Positions 17,532 through 28,326 are shown, counted from the stretch's first letter. The stretch: 64,000 bases of DNA from a bacterium (GCA_963617535.1 CAVEPD010000003.1:28225-92224); one strand, 5' to 3'. Notes: generated from the letters alone by a model not told the origin. A program made the numbers and translations.

Positions 17532-20366
17532 ATGGAAAAGAAAAACAACTCTAAATACAGTAAAGGATTGGTCAGGGGCTCCTGCGGGGTCTTGCTTTTC
17601 CTCCTTTGCCTCTTAATCGCCTTATCCTCATCCACCCATCTTCACTTCCTTTCTTACCCCTTCATCGCTTCTCTTGGCTACGTCGGGTATTACGGGCTGC
17701 TTTTGCTAGGCATGTTCTTCGGGGTGGTTTTGCCTTTCTGGGGCAAAATCCATCATCCGAAGCCCAGAAACTACGTGGCTTATGGCCTCCTTTTGCTCGG
17801 AGGGATCATCTTGGCCGCGGATATAGGCATGGAAGGACAGGAAAATCCTTTCGACGCTTCCTTGTTCCTTGATTCCCTTAACCAAGGCTACGCGAATAGG
17901 GATCTTTCCTTGCTCCTTGACCCGAAGCTTTGCGGCGGGATCGCCGGCTATGAGCTCGCGGGATTGTTGAACCTAGTGGGGCGTTACCTCGTGATCCTGG
18001 TAGCTTCGCTTATCCTCGCTGCTTCGCTCATCGTTTTCTTCTTCCCGCTCATCAAGAAAGCGCATCTCGCCATAAGATCCCATCACGCGATCAAGAAAGC
18101 GCAGAAAAAAGAGAAGCAAGGCGAGATCTCCGACTCCATCAGCGTCGGAGAGGCCGATCCTGACTTCGCTTACCATAAGAAAGACATCGCAACTTCAACG
18201 GAAGAGGAGAAGGAAGCGATCCTTGAGCAGGAGAAGAAGTCCTTCGACGCCTGGTCCTTCAAACCTTCTTCGTCTTTGTCCTATAACTCGCGCTCCGAGT
18301 TCCATAAGAGCGAAGAGGCACCCCTTGCCCAAGAGGCCGTGAGCCCCCTAAGCAAGCCTAGCGAGGCACCGATCAATACCTCCTACCGCGGAGATGAGAT
18401 CCAAGAGCCCGTCTTCGATTTCTTTCAGGCGAACAAAGAAAACACCAACGACGAAAGAGAGGTCACCATGATGAATAACGAAGAGAAGAAAGCCGAGCAA
18501 ACTCCAGTGGAACATTCCTTTGATTTCGTTCCGGATTCTATGGGCTACGCAGCCCCTGAGGCAGCCGAAAAAGCCGCAGTGGAGCCTGAGATTTCTTATC
18601 CGGAAGAGCCAGTACAAGAAGACCCTCTTTTCGAAAAAGAGCCTGAGCCTAGCTTCGCCCCCGATCCTTTGCCCGATACTTCTGTCGCTCCTCTTTTCCC
18701 TGATGCCCCGAAGGCTGAAGAGCCCGCGAGCGCGCCTAGCGTTGCCGTCCCTCAACCCGCGGCTCCTCAACCTAGCGAAGCCCCGAAGCAAGAGGCCCCC
18801 ACGAACAAAGAAGACCTTCCTGCCATTAAGCTTCCGAATTACGTTTTCCCCGACATCTCGATGCTCGACGAGCCGAAAAACGATGCCGAATCCATGGCTT
18901 TAGCCACCGCGCAGGCGGAAAAAGACGTGCAGGTCATGAACGAGACCTTGACTTCGCTTCACGCGGGAGCTCACATCGTCTCTTACAAAATCGGCCCCTC
19001 CGTCACCCGTTTCGACGTCGAGCTAGACCCTGGCGTCCAGGTTACCTCCATCACGCGCTTTGAGCCCGATATCTCTCGCTGCCTCGCCGGGCGCCCCGCC
19101 CGCTTCGTCCCCATCGTGCAGGGGAAGACGACCTCCGCCTTCGAAATCGGGAACATCCAAAGGATGCCCGTCTGCTTCAAAGAGGTCTTCGAAGCCCTTC
19201 CTAATGGCCCAGATGACAACATGGTCGTGCCTTTTGGCAAGTCCATCGACGGCAACGTCGTTTACGCCGACCTCTCATCCTTCCCCCATATGCTTGTGGC
19301 GGGCACCACCGGTTCAGGCAAATCCATCTTCATCCATGGCATGCTCCTCACCCTTTTGATGAGGAACCGCCCTGAGGATCTGAAGCTTATCATGGTCGAC
19401 CCCAAACTTGTCGAATTCACCGCTTATGACGACATGCCTAATCTCCTTTGCCCGACGATTGTGAGCGCAGAGAAAGCAAACGTCGCCTTCCAGAAGCTCG
19501 CCGATCTCATGGACCGCCGCTTCGAATTGCTCCGCAAGGCAAAGGTCAGGGACATCCGCAGCTACAACAATTTCTACGCCCCGAAGAACAATAAGCGAAA
19601 GCTTCCCTTCATCGTGGTGGTGGTCGACGAATTCGCCGACCTCGCCGGACAGTGCAAGGACGTCGCTGAGCCGATTCAGCGTTTGGGCCAGAAGGGGCGC
19701 GCCTGCGGCATCCACATGATCATCGCCACCCAGAGGCCGGACGCGAACACGATTTCCGGCACCATCAAATCGAACCTCCCGACCACCGTCTGCCTTATGG
19801 TCAAAAACTCCATCGACTCGAACGTCGTCTTGCATGCCAAAGGAGGCGAATCCCTTTTGGACCACGGCGATATGCTCATCGAATGCCCGAAGCTTGGCAG
19901 AGGGCTCATCCGCGCTCAAGGCGCGATGATCGGCGAGCATACCGAGCTTGAGAGGATCCCTGACTTCATCCGTTCGCAGATGAAACCGATCTATGACCCC
20001 GAATTCCTTAACCTCGAGCCGGAGCAGCAGACCGACGCGGCGGCTTTGGTCGAGATGCCTAGCAGCGCCGAGATGAAGGGGATGGCCGACGAAGAGAAAT
20101 ACCAGACCATCAAAAGCGTCATCATGACGCAGGAAACCACCTCAATCAGCCAAATTCAGCGCAATTTCGGCGTGGGTTTCCCCCGCGCTGGCAAGATCAT
20201 CGCGCGTCTCCAAAACGAAGGCATCGTCGCCAAAGTGAGCGACGCCCCGGGCTCCAGCAAAGGACTCCGCGTCTTGGTGAGAGTGAACCAAAACGAAGGG
20301 GGAGTCCCAAACGGTGAGACCCCAGGGTCGCTTTCTAGCGCGAATGTCACCTACACCGAAGACTGA
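17532..20366 (+). CDS. ftsK: DNA translocase FtsK/SpoIIIE
   Basis: N-terminal TM segments, a long Pro/Glu/Ala-rich linker, the motor with Walker A GTTGSGKS, and a C-terminal gamma wHTH (SISQIQRNFGVGFPRAGKII). Start uncertain: ATG 17532 preferred over TTG 17487. Confidence 0.9.
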   Translation: MEKKNNSKYSKGLVRGSCGVLLFLLCLLIALSSSTHLHFLSYPFIASLGYVGYYGLLLLGMFFGVVLPFWGKIHHPKPRNYVAYGLLLLGGIILAADIGMEGQENPFDASLFLDSLNQGYANRDLSLLLDPKLCGGIAGYELAGLLNLVGRYLVILVASLILAASLIVFFFPLIKKAHLAIRSHHAIKKAQKKEKQGEISDSISVGEADPDFAYHKKDIATSTEEEKEAILEQEKKSFDAWSFKPSSSLSYNSRSEFHKSEEAPLAQEAVSPLSKPSEAPINTSYRGDEIQEPVFDFFQANKENTNDEREVTMMNNEEKKAEQTPVEHSFDFVPDSMGYAAPEAAEKAAVEPEISYPEEPVQEDPLFEKEPEPSFAPDPLPDTSVAPLFPDAPKAEEPASAPSVAVPQPAAPQPSEAPKQEAPTNKEDLPAIKLPNYVFPDISMLDEPKNDAESMALATAQAEKDVQVMNETLTSLHAGAHIVSYKIGPSVTRFDVELDPGVQVTSITRFEPDISRCLAGRPARFVPIVQGKTTSAFEIGNIQRMPVCFKEVFEALPNGPDDNMVVPFGKSIDGNVVYADLSSFPHMLVAGTTGSGKSIFIHGMLLTLLMRNRPEDLKLIMVDPKLVEFTAYDDMPNLLCPTIVSAEKANVAFQKLADLMDRRFELLRKAKVRDIRSYNNFYAPKNNKRKLPFIVVVVDEFADLAGQCKDVAEPIQRLGQKGRACGIHMIIATQRPDANTISGTIKSNLPTTVCLMVKNSIDSNVVLHAKGGESLLDHGDMLIECPKLGRGLIRAQGAMIGEHTELERIPDFIRSQMKPIYDPEFLNLEPEQQTDAAALVEMPSSAEMKGMADEEKYQTIKSVIMTQETTSISQIQRNFGVGFPRAGKIIARLQNEGIVAKVSDAPGSSKGLRVLVRVNQNEGGVPNGETPGSLSSANVTYTED

Positions 20367-20372
20367 TCCTTT

Positions 20373-22466
20373 ATGAAAGACACCCTCGTCAGCGCCAAAC
20401 TCATCTCGTGGAGGCTCATCCGCGTGACGGTTTTGACCTCACTTCCCCGGATCAGTTTGAAGGTCTCCCTTTATCAGGACCAAAGCAAAAAGATTGCCTT
20501 GAAAGAAGAGAGGATGAACTCCCTCACGAGTCTTTTCGTCGCCGACTATTCTCTTGAAAGCGATTTGGAATTGGGCCACGCCTACGAAATCCTCGTCGAG
20601 AACTACGGGACGGTGGCGCTTCAGGTCAATGACGCGAGCCTGCTGCCTGATTTTGATGAGAAATTTGCTTATGACGGGGATGATTTGGGTGCGACTTACA
20701 CCAAAAAGGCGACCCGCTTCGCCCTTTGGGCACCTTTGGCTTCTTCCTGCATTTTGAAATACAAAGACCAAGAGGAGGGAACGTGGCAGCTTATGCCGAT
20801 GTTCCGCTCGCCAAAAGGAGTCTACCGCGCTTGCTTAAACGGCGACCATGCGGGGGCGAGATACGTCTATCTCATCTGCAATAGCGGCGTCTTGAACGAA
20901 GTAACCGACATCTACGCGAAAGCCTCCACCGCGAACGGGGAGAGCTCCGTCGTCGTGAATTTGGAAAAGTTCCGCGTCGATTTAGAGAAAAGCTCCTTGC
21001 CCGTTTTGAATTCCCCGACGGACGCGATCATTTACGAGGGGCACGTGAGGGATCTCACGATTGACTCCCATAGCGACATCGTGCGCAAAGGCACCTTCCT
21101 TGGCCTCTGCGAGAAGGGGAGAAAGAGCGATGGGGGTCATCCCGCGGGGTTCGATTACATCCGTGGCCTAGGCATCACCCATCTTCAGTTGCTCCCAATC
21201 TATGATTACAAAACGGTGGATGAGCTGCATCCCGAGGCCAAATACAACTGGGGCTATGACCCCGCGCAGTATTTCGTGCCCGAGGGGAGCTTCGCTTCGA
21301 TCTTAAGCGACCCTTATTCGCGCATCCGCGACCTGAAGACGATGGTCAAAGCCTATCATGAGGCGGGGATCCGCATCGTGATGGACGTGGTGTTCAACCA
21401 TGTCTATGGCTTTGAGAACAGCACTTTCCAACGCACCGTGCCGAACTATTATTTCCGTCAGATCTATAATGGCAAATTCGCCTCGACGAGCGGATGCGGG
21501 GATGATCTAGCCTCGGAAAGAGCAATGGTCAGAAAGCTTATTCTCGATGCCTGCGCCTATTGGATCGACGAGTACGGGATCGACGGCTTCCGTTTCGACC
21601 TCATGGGCATCCTCGACGTCGAAACCTTGAATGCGATTGCGCGTCTAGCCAAGTCTAAAGATCCTTCCTTCATCCTATATGGCGAAGGTTGGAACATGGG
21701 AGGGGAGGTAAGCCTTCCTCTTGGCCACATGGGGAACTACGCGTCGATGAGGGATTTCGGCTTCTTCAACGATTTTTTCCGCGATACCGTCAAGAAGGTA
21801 TTCGCCGGGGACGATTATCTTAAAAACGACGCGAAATACGTTTTCGCCTCCAGCTCGGTGAATTTCTTCCATTCCCCGAAATTCCTGGACGCTAGGCAAA
21901 GCATCAATTACATCGAATGTCACGATAACGGGACCTATTATGACTACCTCTCCAAAAGGCATCCTGATTGGGATGAGGAGTTGAAATTAAACGCGGTCAT
22001 GGGCGCTAATTCCTTCGTGGCCCTTTCTTTCGGCGTCCCTTTCTTCCATGCCGGGCAAGAGATCGGGATGAGCAAGTGGGGCGAAGATAACACTTACAAC
22101 AAAGGGGATCACTTCAACAAGTTCTCCTACGCCTTGATGGACGAACGATATCAAATGGTGATTAAGTTCAAACAAATTTTATCGCTCCGCAAAAAAATGA
22201 AGATCCTCCATTCCTACGACCCGACCTACATCGATTGGAACGTCGACATCGGAGAAATTGGCCCTTGCTTGAAGATCACTTTCCTTGATCCAAACAGCGA
22301 GGAAAGCAAAAAACATGAAAGTCTTTTGTACAACCTATCAATATTCGCGTATCATATTGACAGAAAGGAAAACGAAAGTTTCCTTAGCACAGGCCTAATA
22401 AGCCAAGACGATTTACGGAGCGAATGTTTCGTCCCCGCATTATCGCTCCTTTACACCGAACTTTAG
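20373..22466 (+). CDS. pulA: type I pullulanase (GH13)
   Basis: YNWGYDP hallmark motif, plus GFRFDLMG, YGEGW and ECHDN catalytic-region motifs. 697 aa. Confidence 0.85.
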   Translation: MKDTLVSAKLISWRLIRVTVLTSLPRISLKVSLYQDQSKKIALKEERMNSLTSLFVADYSLESDLELGHAYEILVENYGTVALQVNDASLLPDFDEKFAYDGDDLGATYTKKATRFALWAPLASSCILKYKDQEEGTWQLMPMFRSPKGVYRACLNGDHAGARYVYLICNSGVLNEVTDIYAKASTANGESSVVVNLEKFRVDLEKSSLPVLNSPTDAIIYEGHVRDLTIDSHSDIVRKGTFLGLCEKGRKSDGGHPAGFDYIRGLGITHLQLLPIYDYKTVDELHPEAKYNWGYDPAQYFVPEGSFASILSDPYSRIRDLKTMVKAYHEAGIRIVMDVVFNHVYGFENSTFQRTVPNYYFRQIYNGKFASTSGCGDDLASERAMVRKLILDACAYWIDEYGIDGFRFDLMGILDVETLNAIARLAKSKDPSFILYGEGWNMGGEVSLPLGHMGNYASMRDFGFFNDFFRDTVKKVFAGDDYLKNDAKYVFASSSVNFFHSPKFLDARQSINYIECHDNGTYYDYLSKRHPDWDEELKLNAVMGANSFVALSFGVPFFHAGQEIGMSKWGEDNTYNKGDHFNKFSYALMDERYQMVIKFKQILSLRKKMKILHSYDPTYIDWNVDIGEIGPCLKITFLDPNSEESKKHESLLYNLSIFAYHIDRKENESFLSTGLISQDDLRSECFVPALSLLYTEL

Positions 22467-22521
22467 CCTCTGGTTGGGGACAGCAATGGCGACCCTATAG
22501 ATCTTTTTTTGAGGCAACACC

Positions 22522-22803
22522 ATGTTGACAAGTGTATACGTATCCGGTCGCTTAGGCGATGCGGTAGGAAAAAACGTTCGCATTGTTGAGGTTGAATCCC
22601 CTTTAGTCGGAAGTGGCGGAAAAAGGCGAATCGATCTCATCCCCGTCTATAATCCTTTAGGCAAGTCTGCCTGCTTCTTCAAAGCGAAGAAAGGCGCCTT
22701 CGTGATCGTCAAAGGACGTTTGGAGAAAAACGATGAGTTTGGCCTCTACGTCCATTCCGAGATCGAAGAGATCGTCGAATTCAAAAAAGAAGATAAGGAA
22801 TAA
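22522..22803 (+). CDS. hypothetical small protein (possibly OB-fold/SSB-like)
   Basis: 93 aa. GRLGD...VIVKGRLEKNDEFG is reminiscent of SSB OB-fold strands. GAGG SD. Function unsupported. Confidence 0.5.
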   Translation: MLTSVYVSGRLGDAVGKNVRIVEVESPLVGSGGKRRIDLIPVYNPLGKSACFFKAKKGAFVIVKGRLEKNDEFGLYVHSEIEEIVEFKKEDKE

Positions 22804-22844
22804 CTTTTTCGCTTATTGGACATGGGGTGTTGTAGAATACCCCC

Positions 22845-23669
22845 ATGTCTAATCAGCAAAAGAAAAAGTCCGGCGTGGCCCTCTTCAAATGGCTCCGATT
22901 GATTTTCACCTTCGGAGTGAGGCTCGTTTTCGCCTATCTCTTCTGGATCGCGCGTTATGCTCGTCACCCGGAGAAAAAGCCCATCGAGCATCGTTACAAG
23001 AAAATCAGGGGCCTCGCCGTCGATCTCTGTTCCAAACTCCATCTTGAGCTACAAGCCAAGGGACAGGAGCAGATGGCTTCTTTGGAAGGCAGAAATCTCA
23101 TCGTCATGAACCATCTTTCCGTGATGGACATCGTCCTTTTGATCGCCCTTTCCGAGAAGCCCCTTATCTTCATCGCGAAAAAAGAGGTGGAGCAGATGCC
23201 TTTTGTGGGAAAATGCTTCAAAGCCATCAGCGGCCATTTCCTCGATCGAGAGGATCCTAAGCAGGCCGTTCGCCTTTTCATGAAGGTCGGAAAACAGCTC
23301 CGGGAGAATGGCGGCAATGTCGTCGTTTATCCAGAGGGCACCCGCCTTAAGCAACCTTTCTTGCCAACCCAGGAATTCCACGCGGGAACCTTTAAACTCG
23401 TAGAGTGGGGGCAAGCCAATTTGCTTCGCATTGCCGCCTTCGGCACCTTCCGCCCACTTTCAAAATCCGAAAGCGAGCGCTCTTTCCCGCTTGAAATCAC
23501 CTTCTTCCCCCTTTTGAAATGCGAGGACATGAAAGGGAAGTCCACCCAGGAGCTCGCCGAGAGCTCGCATGAGCTCATCGCAAGCGAGGTCGCTTCCTTC
23601 CAGGAATACGACAAGGAATTCTACGCGAAGGGCCTCAATAAGAAGAAAGCGAGCAAGTGGCAGGCATGA
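22845..23669 (+). CDS. plsC: 1-acyl-sn-glycerol-3-phosphate acyltransferase
   Basis: NHLSVMD (HX4D) and YPEGTR acyltransferase motifs. N-terminal TM segment. Confidence 0.85.
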   Translation: MSNQQKKKSGVALFKWLRLIFTFGVRLVFAYLFWIARYARHPEKKPIEHRYKKIRGLAVDLCSKLHLELQAKGQEQMASLEGRNLIVMNHLSVMDIVLLIALSEKPLIFIAKKEVEQMPFVGKCFKAISGHFLDREDPKQAVRLFMKVGKQLRENGGNVVVYPEGTRLKQPFLPTQEFHAGTFKLVEWGQANLLRIAAFGTFRPLSKSESERSFPLEITFFPLLKCEDMKGKSTQELAESSHELIASEVASFQEYDKEFYAKGLNKKKASKWQA

Positions 23670-24094
23670 AAAACGATTTCGACCGCGGCAACGAAGAGCT
23701 TAAGAATCAAAAAGATCCGGGCGAGAGCTTGCTCCGCACGATGGGGACCGCCTCCATCGTCTCCAGCTGCATCTCAATCCTAGGGACTTTTTACATTCTT
23801 TTTCGCGGCTCTTTCTCTTTGACTTATTGGCTTTCCTTCATGATCCCTTATGGGGTGATGGTTTTGGCCTCGATGCTCATCGGCTTCTTCGCGATCTTCC
23901 AAAAAGATACGACCAAATATTCGCTTTACACGATTTTAGGATGCATCTACGGGGGCTTGCTTTGCCTCTCTTTCATCCCTAACGGCATCTTCCTTAAGAA
24001 CTGGTCGATCGCGATTGCGATCGGGGTCATCGGGGGTTGCGTCTTCGCGATCGCTTTATTGACCTATCTCCAGCTTCACGAGAAGTCTAAATGA
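23666..24094 (+). CDS. small integral membrane protein
   Basis: About 4 hydrophobic segments. ATG 23666 overlaps the plsC stop (ATGA). GTG 23657 is an alternative start. Confidence 0.6.
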   Translation: MKNDFDRGNEELKNQKDPGESLLRTMGTASIVSSCISILGTFYILFRGSFSLTYWLSFMIPYGVMVLASMLIGFFAIFQKDTTKYSLYTILGCIYGGLLCLSFIPNGIFLKNWSIAIAIGVIGGCVFAIALLTYLQLHEKSK

Positions 24095-25376
24095 ATTTGT
24101 AGTTCCTTCTTAGCCCTTTGGGGTAGCGGTTTTTCATCTGACCTTTGACCATCTTAAAGAAGCCTAGGCCTTTGCCTAGATAAGAAGCAAGGTAATAGCC
24201 GTCTCCTAAATCCATGGGGAAGGTCTCTCCCTTTAAAAAGCGGAGAGCCTTGTTTTCGTCTAGCTCCACCTGGAAAGAAGAGGGGAGGTAGTGGCTTAAA
24301 GCGTGATCAGGCTCTTCAAAAGGAGAAGAAGCGACCTTCAAGCCAGCCCGCAGAACCTGAAGATTCGTGATTGGGAAATAAAAAGGCAAAGACCATAACG
24401 AATCGTTGGATTCGTAGTTATAACGTCCTTCTAGGTCAAAGAAAGAGAAAAACTCGCCGCTTAGGCTATTTTTCGGGGAATCTTTCTTGAAGGGGAGGGT
24501 ATCGCCATCTTTCTTCAGAAGGCAGAAGAACTGCCCCTCGCCTTCATATAAGAAAGGGAAAAGATAGACCCCTTCCGGGATGGTTTCCCCGTGAAAATAC
24601 CCAGGGCGTTCCTCAATTTTGGAAGGATGCATGTCGTTATGCTTGCTTAGAAAGGAAAGAAGCACCCCCTCATCTTCTTCGTAGCAGAAAGAGCAGGTGG
24701 AGTAGATCATTCTGCCGCCGGGCTTAAGCATCGCGTAAGCTTGTTCTAAAAGAGTTAGCTGAAGCTCGACGCAGCGATCCATCTTCGAAGGCGACCATTC
24801 TTCTTTCGCCTGGGCGTTTTTGCGAGCCATCGCGCTTCCTGAGCAAGGCGCATCAAGCATGATGCAGTCGAAAAAGGAGGCGTAGTATGGAGATTTTTTC
24901 GAGAAATCGTCATTCGTGACAATAACATTTCCTAGCCCCATTCTCTCAATGTTCGAAGAGAGCTCTTTGGCTCTAGAAAGCGAGATGTCGTTGGCTAAGA
25001 CAACGCTTCCTTGATCGCTGAGCAAGGAAAGGAAAATCGTCTTCCCCCCTGGGGCGGCGCACAAATCAAGGACGGTCTCGCCTTGCTTGGGAGAAAGAAT
25101 GAAAGGAGGGACCATGGCTGCACTATCTTGGATTGAATAGCAGCCTAGGTCATAAAGAGCCATCTTCCCGAACTCGTAATCCTCTTTCTTGTAGGAATAG
25201 ACGTGCTTCAAAAAAGGATGGGGGATGGCTTTTGGGAAACGCTTTTGGAATTCCTCATCGCTAAGCTTGGAGGGATTCAAGACCAAAGAATGGGTCTGCT
25301 CCTTTTCGAAAGAGGCATAAAGGGCCTCCCTCTCTTCTTTTTTGAGGTTTTTCGGGAGATGGGCGTCCAAATTCAT
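24087..25376 (-). CDS. RNA cytosine-C5 methyltransferase, NOL1/NOP2/Sun (RsmF/RsmB-like)
   Basis: DLCAAPGGKT SAM motif, DAPCSGSAMARKN and YSTCSF catalytic Cys motifs. 429 aa. Confidence 0.85.
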   Translation of the reverse strand: MNLDAHLPKNLKKEEREALYASFEKEQTHSLVLNPSKLSDEEFQKRFPKAIPHPFLKHVYSYKKEDYEFGKMALYDLGCYSIQDSAAMVPPFILSPKQGETVLDLCAAPGGKTIFLSLLSDQGSVVLANDISLSRAKELSSNIERMGLGNVIVTNDDFSKKSPYYASFFDCIMLDAPCSGSAMARKNAQAKEEWSPSKMDRCVELQLTLLEQAYAMLKPGGRMIYSTCSFCYEEDEGVLLSFLSKHNDMHPSKIEERPGYFHGETIPEGVYLFPFLYEGEGQFFCLLKKDGDTLPFKKDSPKNSLSGEFFSFFDLEGRYNYESNDSLWSLPFYFPITNLQVLRAGLKVASSPFEEPDHALSHYLPSSFQVELDENKALRFLKGETFPMDLGDGYYLASYLGKGLGFFKMVKGQMKNRYPKGLRRNYKFI

Positions 25377-25444
25377 GGGATAATGATAAACCCAAAGCGG
25401 GGCGTTATGTTCCTAAAGGGGAGATTGGGGTAGAATTCATTCAT

Positions 25445-26746
25445 ATGAGAATGGTAGACATCATCGAAAAGAAAAGGGATGGCCATCCCTTAAGCAAAGA
25501 AGAGATCTCTTTCTTCGTGAAAGGCTATACGGACGGGAGCATTCCTGACTATCAGGCTTCCGCTTTGGCAATGGCGATCCTTTTTAGGGACATGAACAAG
25601 GAAGAGACCGCGAATCTGACTGAGGCGATGATGAATTCTGGCGACACGATCGATTTGAGCGAGATCGCAGGCGTGAAGGTCGATAAGCATTCCACGGGTG
25701 GCGTGGGCGATAAAACTTCCTTGGTTTTAGGGCCGCTTGTCGCTAGCTGCGGGGCGAAGCTCGCCAAAATGAGCGGCAGGGGGCTAGGCCATACCGGGGG
25801 CACCTTGGACAAAATGGAATCCGTCCCTGGGACGAGCATTTCCAGAACCGAAGAGCAATTCATCAAGCAAGTCAATGACATCGGCATCGCGATCATCGGT
25901 CAAACGGCCCAAATCGACCCCGCGGACAAGAAGCTCTACGCGCTTCGCGACGTCACGGGGACCGTCGAATCGATTCCTTTGATTGCCTCTTCCATCATGA
26001 GCAAGAAGCTTGCTTCCGGAAGCGATACCATCCTTTTGGATGTCAAATTCGGCTCTGGCGCTTTCATGAAAACCTTAGACAGGGCGCGCCTTTTAGCCAA
26101 AACGATGGTGGAAATCGGAGATTCGCTCCATCGCGATACCAGAGCGATCTTGACCGACATGGATGAGCCTCTTGGCATGGCCGTTGGCAACAATCTTGAG
26201 GTCAAAGAAGCCATCGCGACCCTTCAAGGACACGGTCCTAAGGATCTTGTGGAACTCGTGACTTACGCAGGCGCCATCATGCTTGAGCAGGCGCATCTAG
26301 TCCCTAATTACGAAGAAGGCAGGGCGCGCATCCAAAAAGCGATTGAAGACGGCTCGGGGTTCAAGAAACTCGTCGAGCTATTCAAAGCCCAAGGAGGGGA
26401 CGTTTCTTATTTGGAGGATCCTAGCAAATTCCCTGTCTCCAAATTCTCATTGCCGATTTATGCGGAAAAGGAAGGCTACGTCAGCAGAATCGATAGCCTA
26501 ACCATCGGGGTTTCCTCGATGAAACTAGGCGGAGGAAGAGCGACGATGGACGACGTGATCGACATGTCCGCGGGCATATTGCTCAACAAGAAAATCGGGG
26601 ACCACGTTAACAAAGGCGAGCTCCTCGCGACTTGCTACACGAACAAAGAAAAGGTGGAAGAGGTGCTTGTTGACGTTCTGAAAGCGTTCGAGATTCAAAA
26701 CGAGAAACCTGCGGAGCGCCCCATCGTCTTCGAGTATATTCATTGA
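25445..26746 (+). CDS. pdp: pyrimidine-nucleoside (thymidine) phosphorylase
   Basis: Start MRMVDIIEKKRDG, with DKHSTGGVGDK and SGRGLGHTGGTLDK motifs. 433 aa. Confidence 0.92.
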   Translation: MRMVDIIEKKRDGHPLSKEEISFFVKGYTDGSIPDYQASALAMAILFRDMNKEETANLTEAMMNSGDTIDLSEIAGVKVDKHSTGGVGDKTSLVLGPLVASCGAKLAKMSGRGLGHTGGTLDKMESVPGTSISRTEEQFIKQVNDIGIAIIGQTAQIDPADKKLYALRDVTGTVESIPLIASSIMSKKLASGSDTILLDVKFGSGAFMKTLDRARLLAKTMVEIGDSLHRDTRAILTDMDEPLGMAVGNNLEVKEAIATLQGHGPKDLVELVTYAGAIMLEQAHLVPNYEEGRARIQKAIEDGSGFKKLVELFKAQGGDVSYLEDPSKFPVSKFSLPIYAEKEGYVSRIDSLTIGVSSMKLGGGRATMDDVIDMSAGILLNKKIGDHVNKGELLATCYTNKEKVEEVLVDVLKAFEIQNEKPAERPIVFEYIH

Positions 26747-26749
26747 TTT

Positions 26750-27202
26750 ATGAGAGTTTTGATTCAGGAAGTTCTTTCTAGCTCCGTCTCGATTGACGGA
26801 GAAGTCGTCTCTAGTATCGGCAGGGGCGAGCTTTTGCTCGTCGGCTTCACGCAGGGGGACGATTATCTGACCATGGAGAAAATGGCCAAAAAGATTATGA
26901 AGGCGAGGATTTTCCCGGACGAGAACGGGAAGACGAACCTCTCCCTTTCTCAAATCGGCGGAGAGATCCTTTTGGTCAGCCAATTCACCTTGTACGGCTC
27001 TTTGAAAGAAGGGAACCGTCCCTCTTTTGTGGATGCCTCTAGGCCAGACGAGGCAAGAGAGCTTTACAACCAATTCGTCGCCTTAATGAAACAGGAATTC
27101 CCTAATCTTAAGACCGGGGTCTTCCAAGCAGACATGAAAGTCAGCCTCGTGAACGACGGGCCTTTCACCTTGCTGCTTGATTCCAAGGAGCTATTCCAAT
27201 GA
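26750..27202 (+). CDS. dtd: D-aminoacyl-tRNA deacylase
   Basis: Start MRVLIQEV, with SQFTLYG and NRPSF motifs. 150 aa. Confidence 0.9.
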   Translation: MRVLIQEVLSSSVSIDGEVVSSIGRGELLLVGFTQGDDYLTMEKMAKKIMKARIFPDENGKTNLSLSQIGGEILLVSQFTLYGSLKEGNRPSFVDASRPDEARELYNQFVALMKQEFPNLKTGVFQADMKVSLVNDGPFTLLLDSKELFQ

Positions 27203-28326
27203 AAGTGATGATCGGACTTAGCGGTGGGGTCGACAGCGCGGTCGCCGCATATCTATTGAAAGAACAGGGCTACGAGGTCGTCGCGGGCTTCATGAGGAAC
27301 TGGGATGCGCTCGCGAATAACGATTATTTGGGCAACCCCACGATCAACGCCAATCAGTGCCCTCAGGAGAAAGACTACCAAGACGCGAAGAAAGTCGCCG
27401 AGAAACTGGGGATCCCTTTGCTTCGAGCGGACTTCGTGAAGGAATATTGGGATTCCGTTTTCACCTATTTCCTGAACGAATACAAGAAGGGAAGAACCCC
27501 CAATCCCGACGTTTTCTGCAACAAGTACATCAAGTTCGATTCGTTTCTGAAGTTCGCGAAATCTCAGGGTTGCGACGCTATCGCGATGGGCCACTACGCG
27601 AAGAAAGAATCCTTCGAAGGCAAGGAATACATCTATAAGGCCTTCGACAAAAACAAGGACCAGTCCTACTTTTTGTCCCAAATCAATGAATCCCAGATCG
27701 CTAGCTGCATCTTCCCTTTAGGGGGGATCACCAAGCCTCAGGTTAGAGAGATCGCCCATCGTTTGGACCTCGAGTCCGTGATGGACAAGAAAGACTCGAC
27801 TGGCGTGTGCTTCATCGGAGAAAGGGACTTCAGGAAGTTCCTTCAGAATTATCTTCCTGCAAAGAAGGGCAAGATAGTCGAAGGCAAAACAGGCAAAGTG
27901 GTAGGCGAGCATTGCGGGGTTCTCTATTACACGATCGGCCAGCATAAAGGCTTAGGGATAGGTGGCATCGCCGGAGAGAAAGAAGGCGCCTTCTTCATCT
28001 ACAAGAAAGATGCTTCCAACAACATTCTTTACGTTGCGAAAAGCGACGATGAGGAATTGCTTTTGAGCACTTCCTGCCGCCTTGATAACATCAACTGGGT
28101 TGGCGAAAGGCCAACCGAACCCATTCACGTCGGAGTGAAGTTCCGCTATCGTCAGCCAGACCAGTTCTGCACCTTACGTTTTGAAGGTGACGAAGTTATT
28201 TTGACCTATGATTCCCCCGTCAAAGCGGTGACCCCCGGCCAAATCGGCGTCTTCTATGACGGCGAGAGGATGCTTGGGGGAGGCATCATCTCCGCGGTGT
28301 ATCGCGGAGATGAGAGAATCGATTGA
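27199..28326 (+). CDS. mnmA: tRNA 2-thiouridine(34) synthase
   Basis: GLSGGVDSAV PP-loop, NPDVFCNKYIKF and DSTGVCFIGE motifs. 375 aa. Confidence 0.93.
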   Translation: MKVMIGLSGGVDSAVAAYLLKEQGYEVVAGFMRNWDALANNDYLGNPTINANQCPQEKDYQDAKKVAEKLGIPLLRADFVKEYWDSVFTYFLNEYKKGRTPNPDVFCNKYIKFDSFLKFAKSQGCDAIAMGHYAKKESFEGKEYIYKAFDKNKDQSYFLSQINESQIASCIFPLGGITKPQVREIAHRLDLESVMDKKDSTGVCFIGERDFRKFLQNYLPAKKGKIVEGKTGKVVGEHCGVLYYTIGQHKGLGIGGIAGEKEGAFFIYKKDASNNILYVAKSDDEELLLSTSCRLDNINWVGERPTEPIHVGVKFRYRQPDQFCTLRFEGDEVILTYDSPVKAVTPGQIGVFYDGERMLGGGIISAVYRGDERID

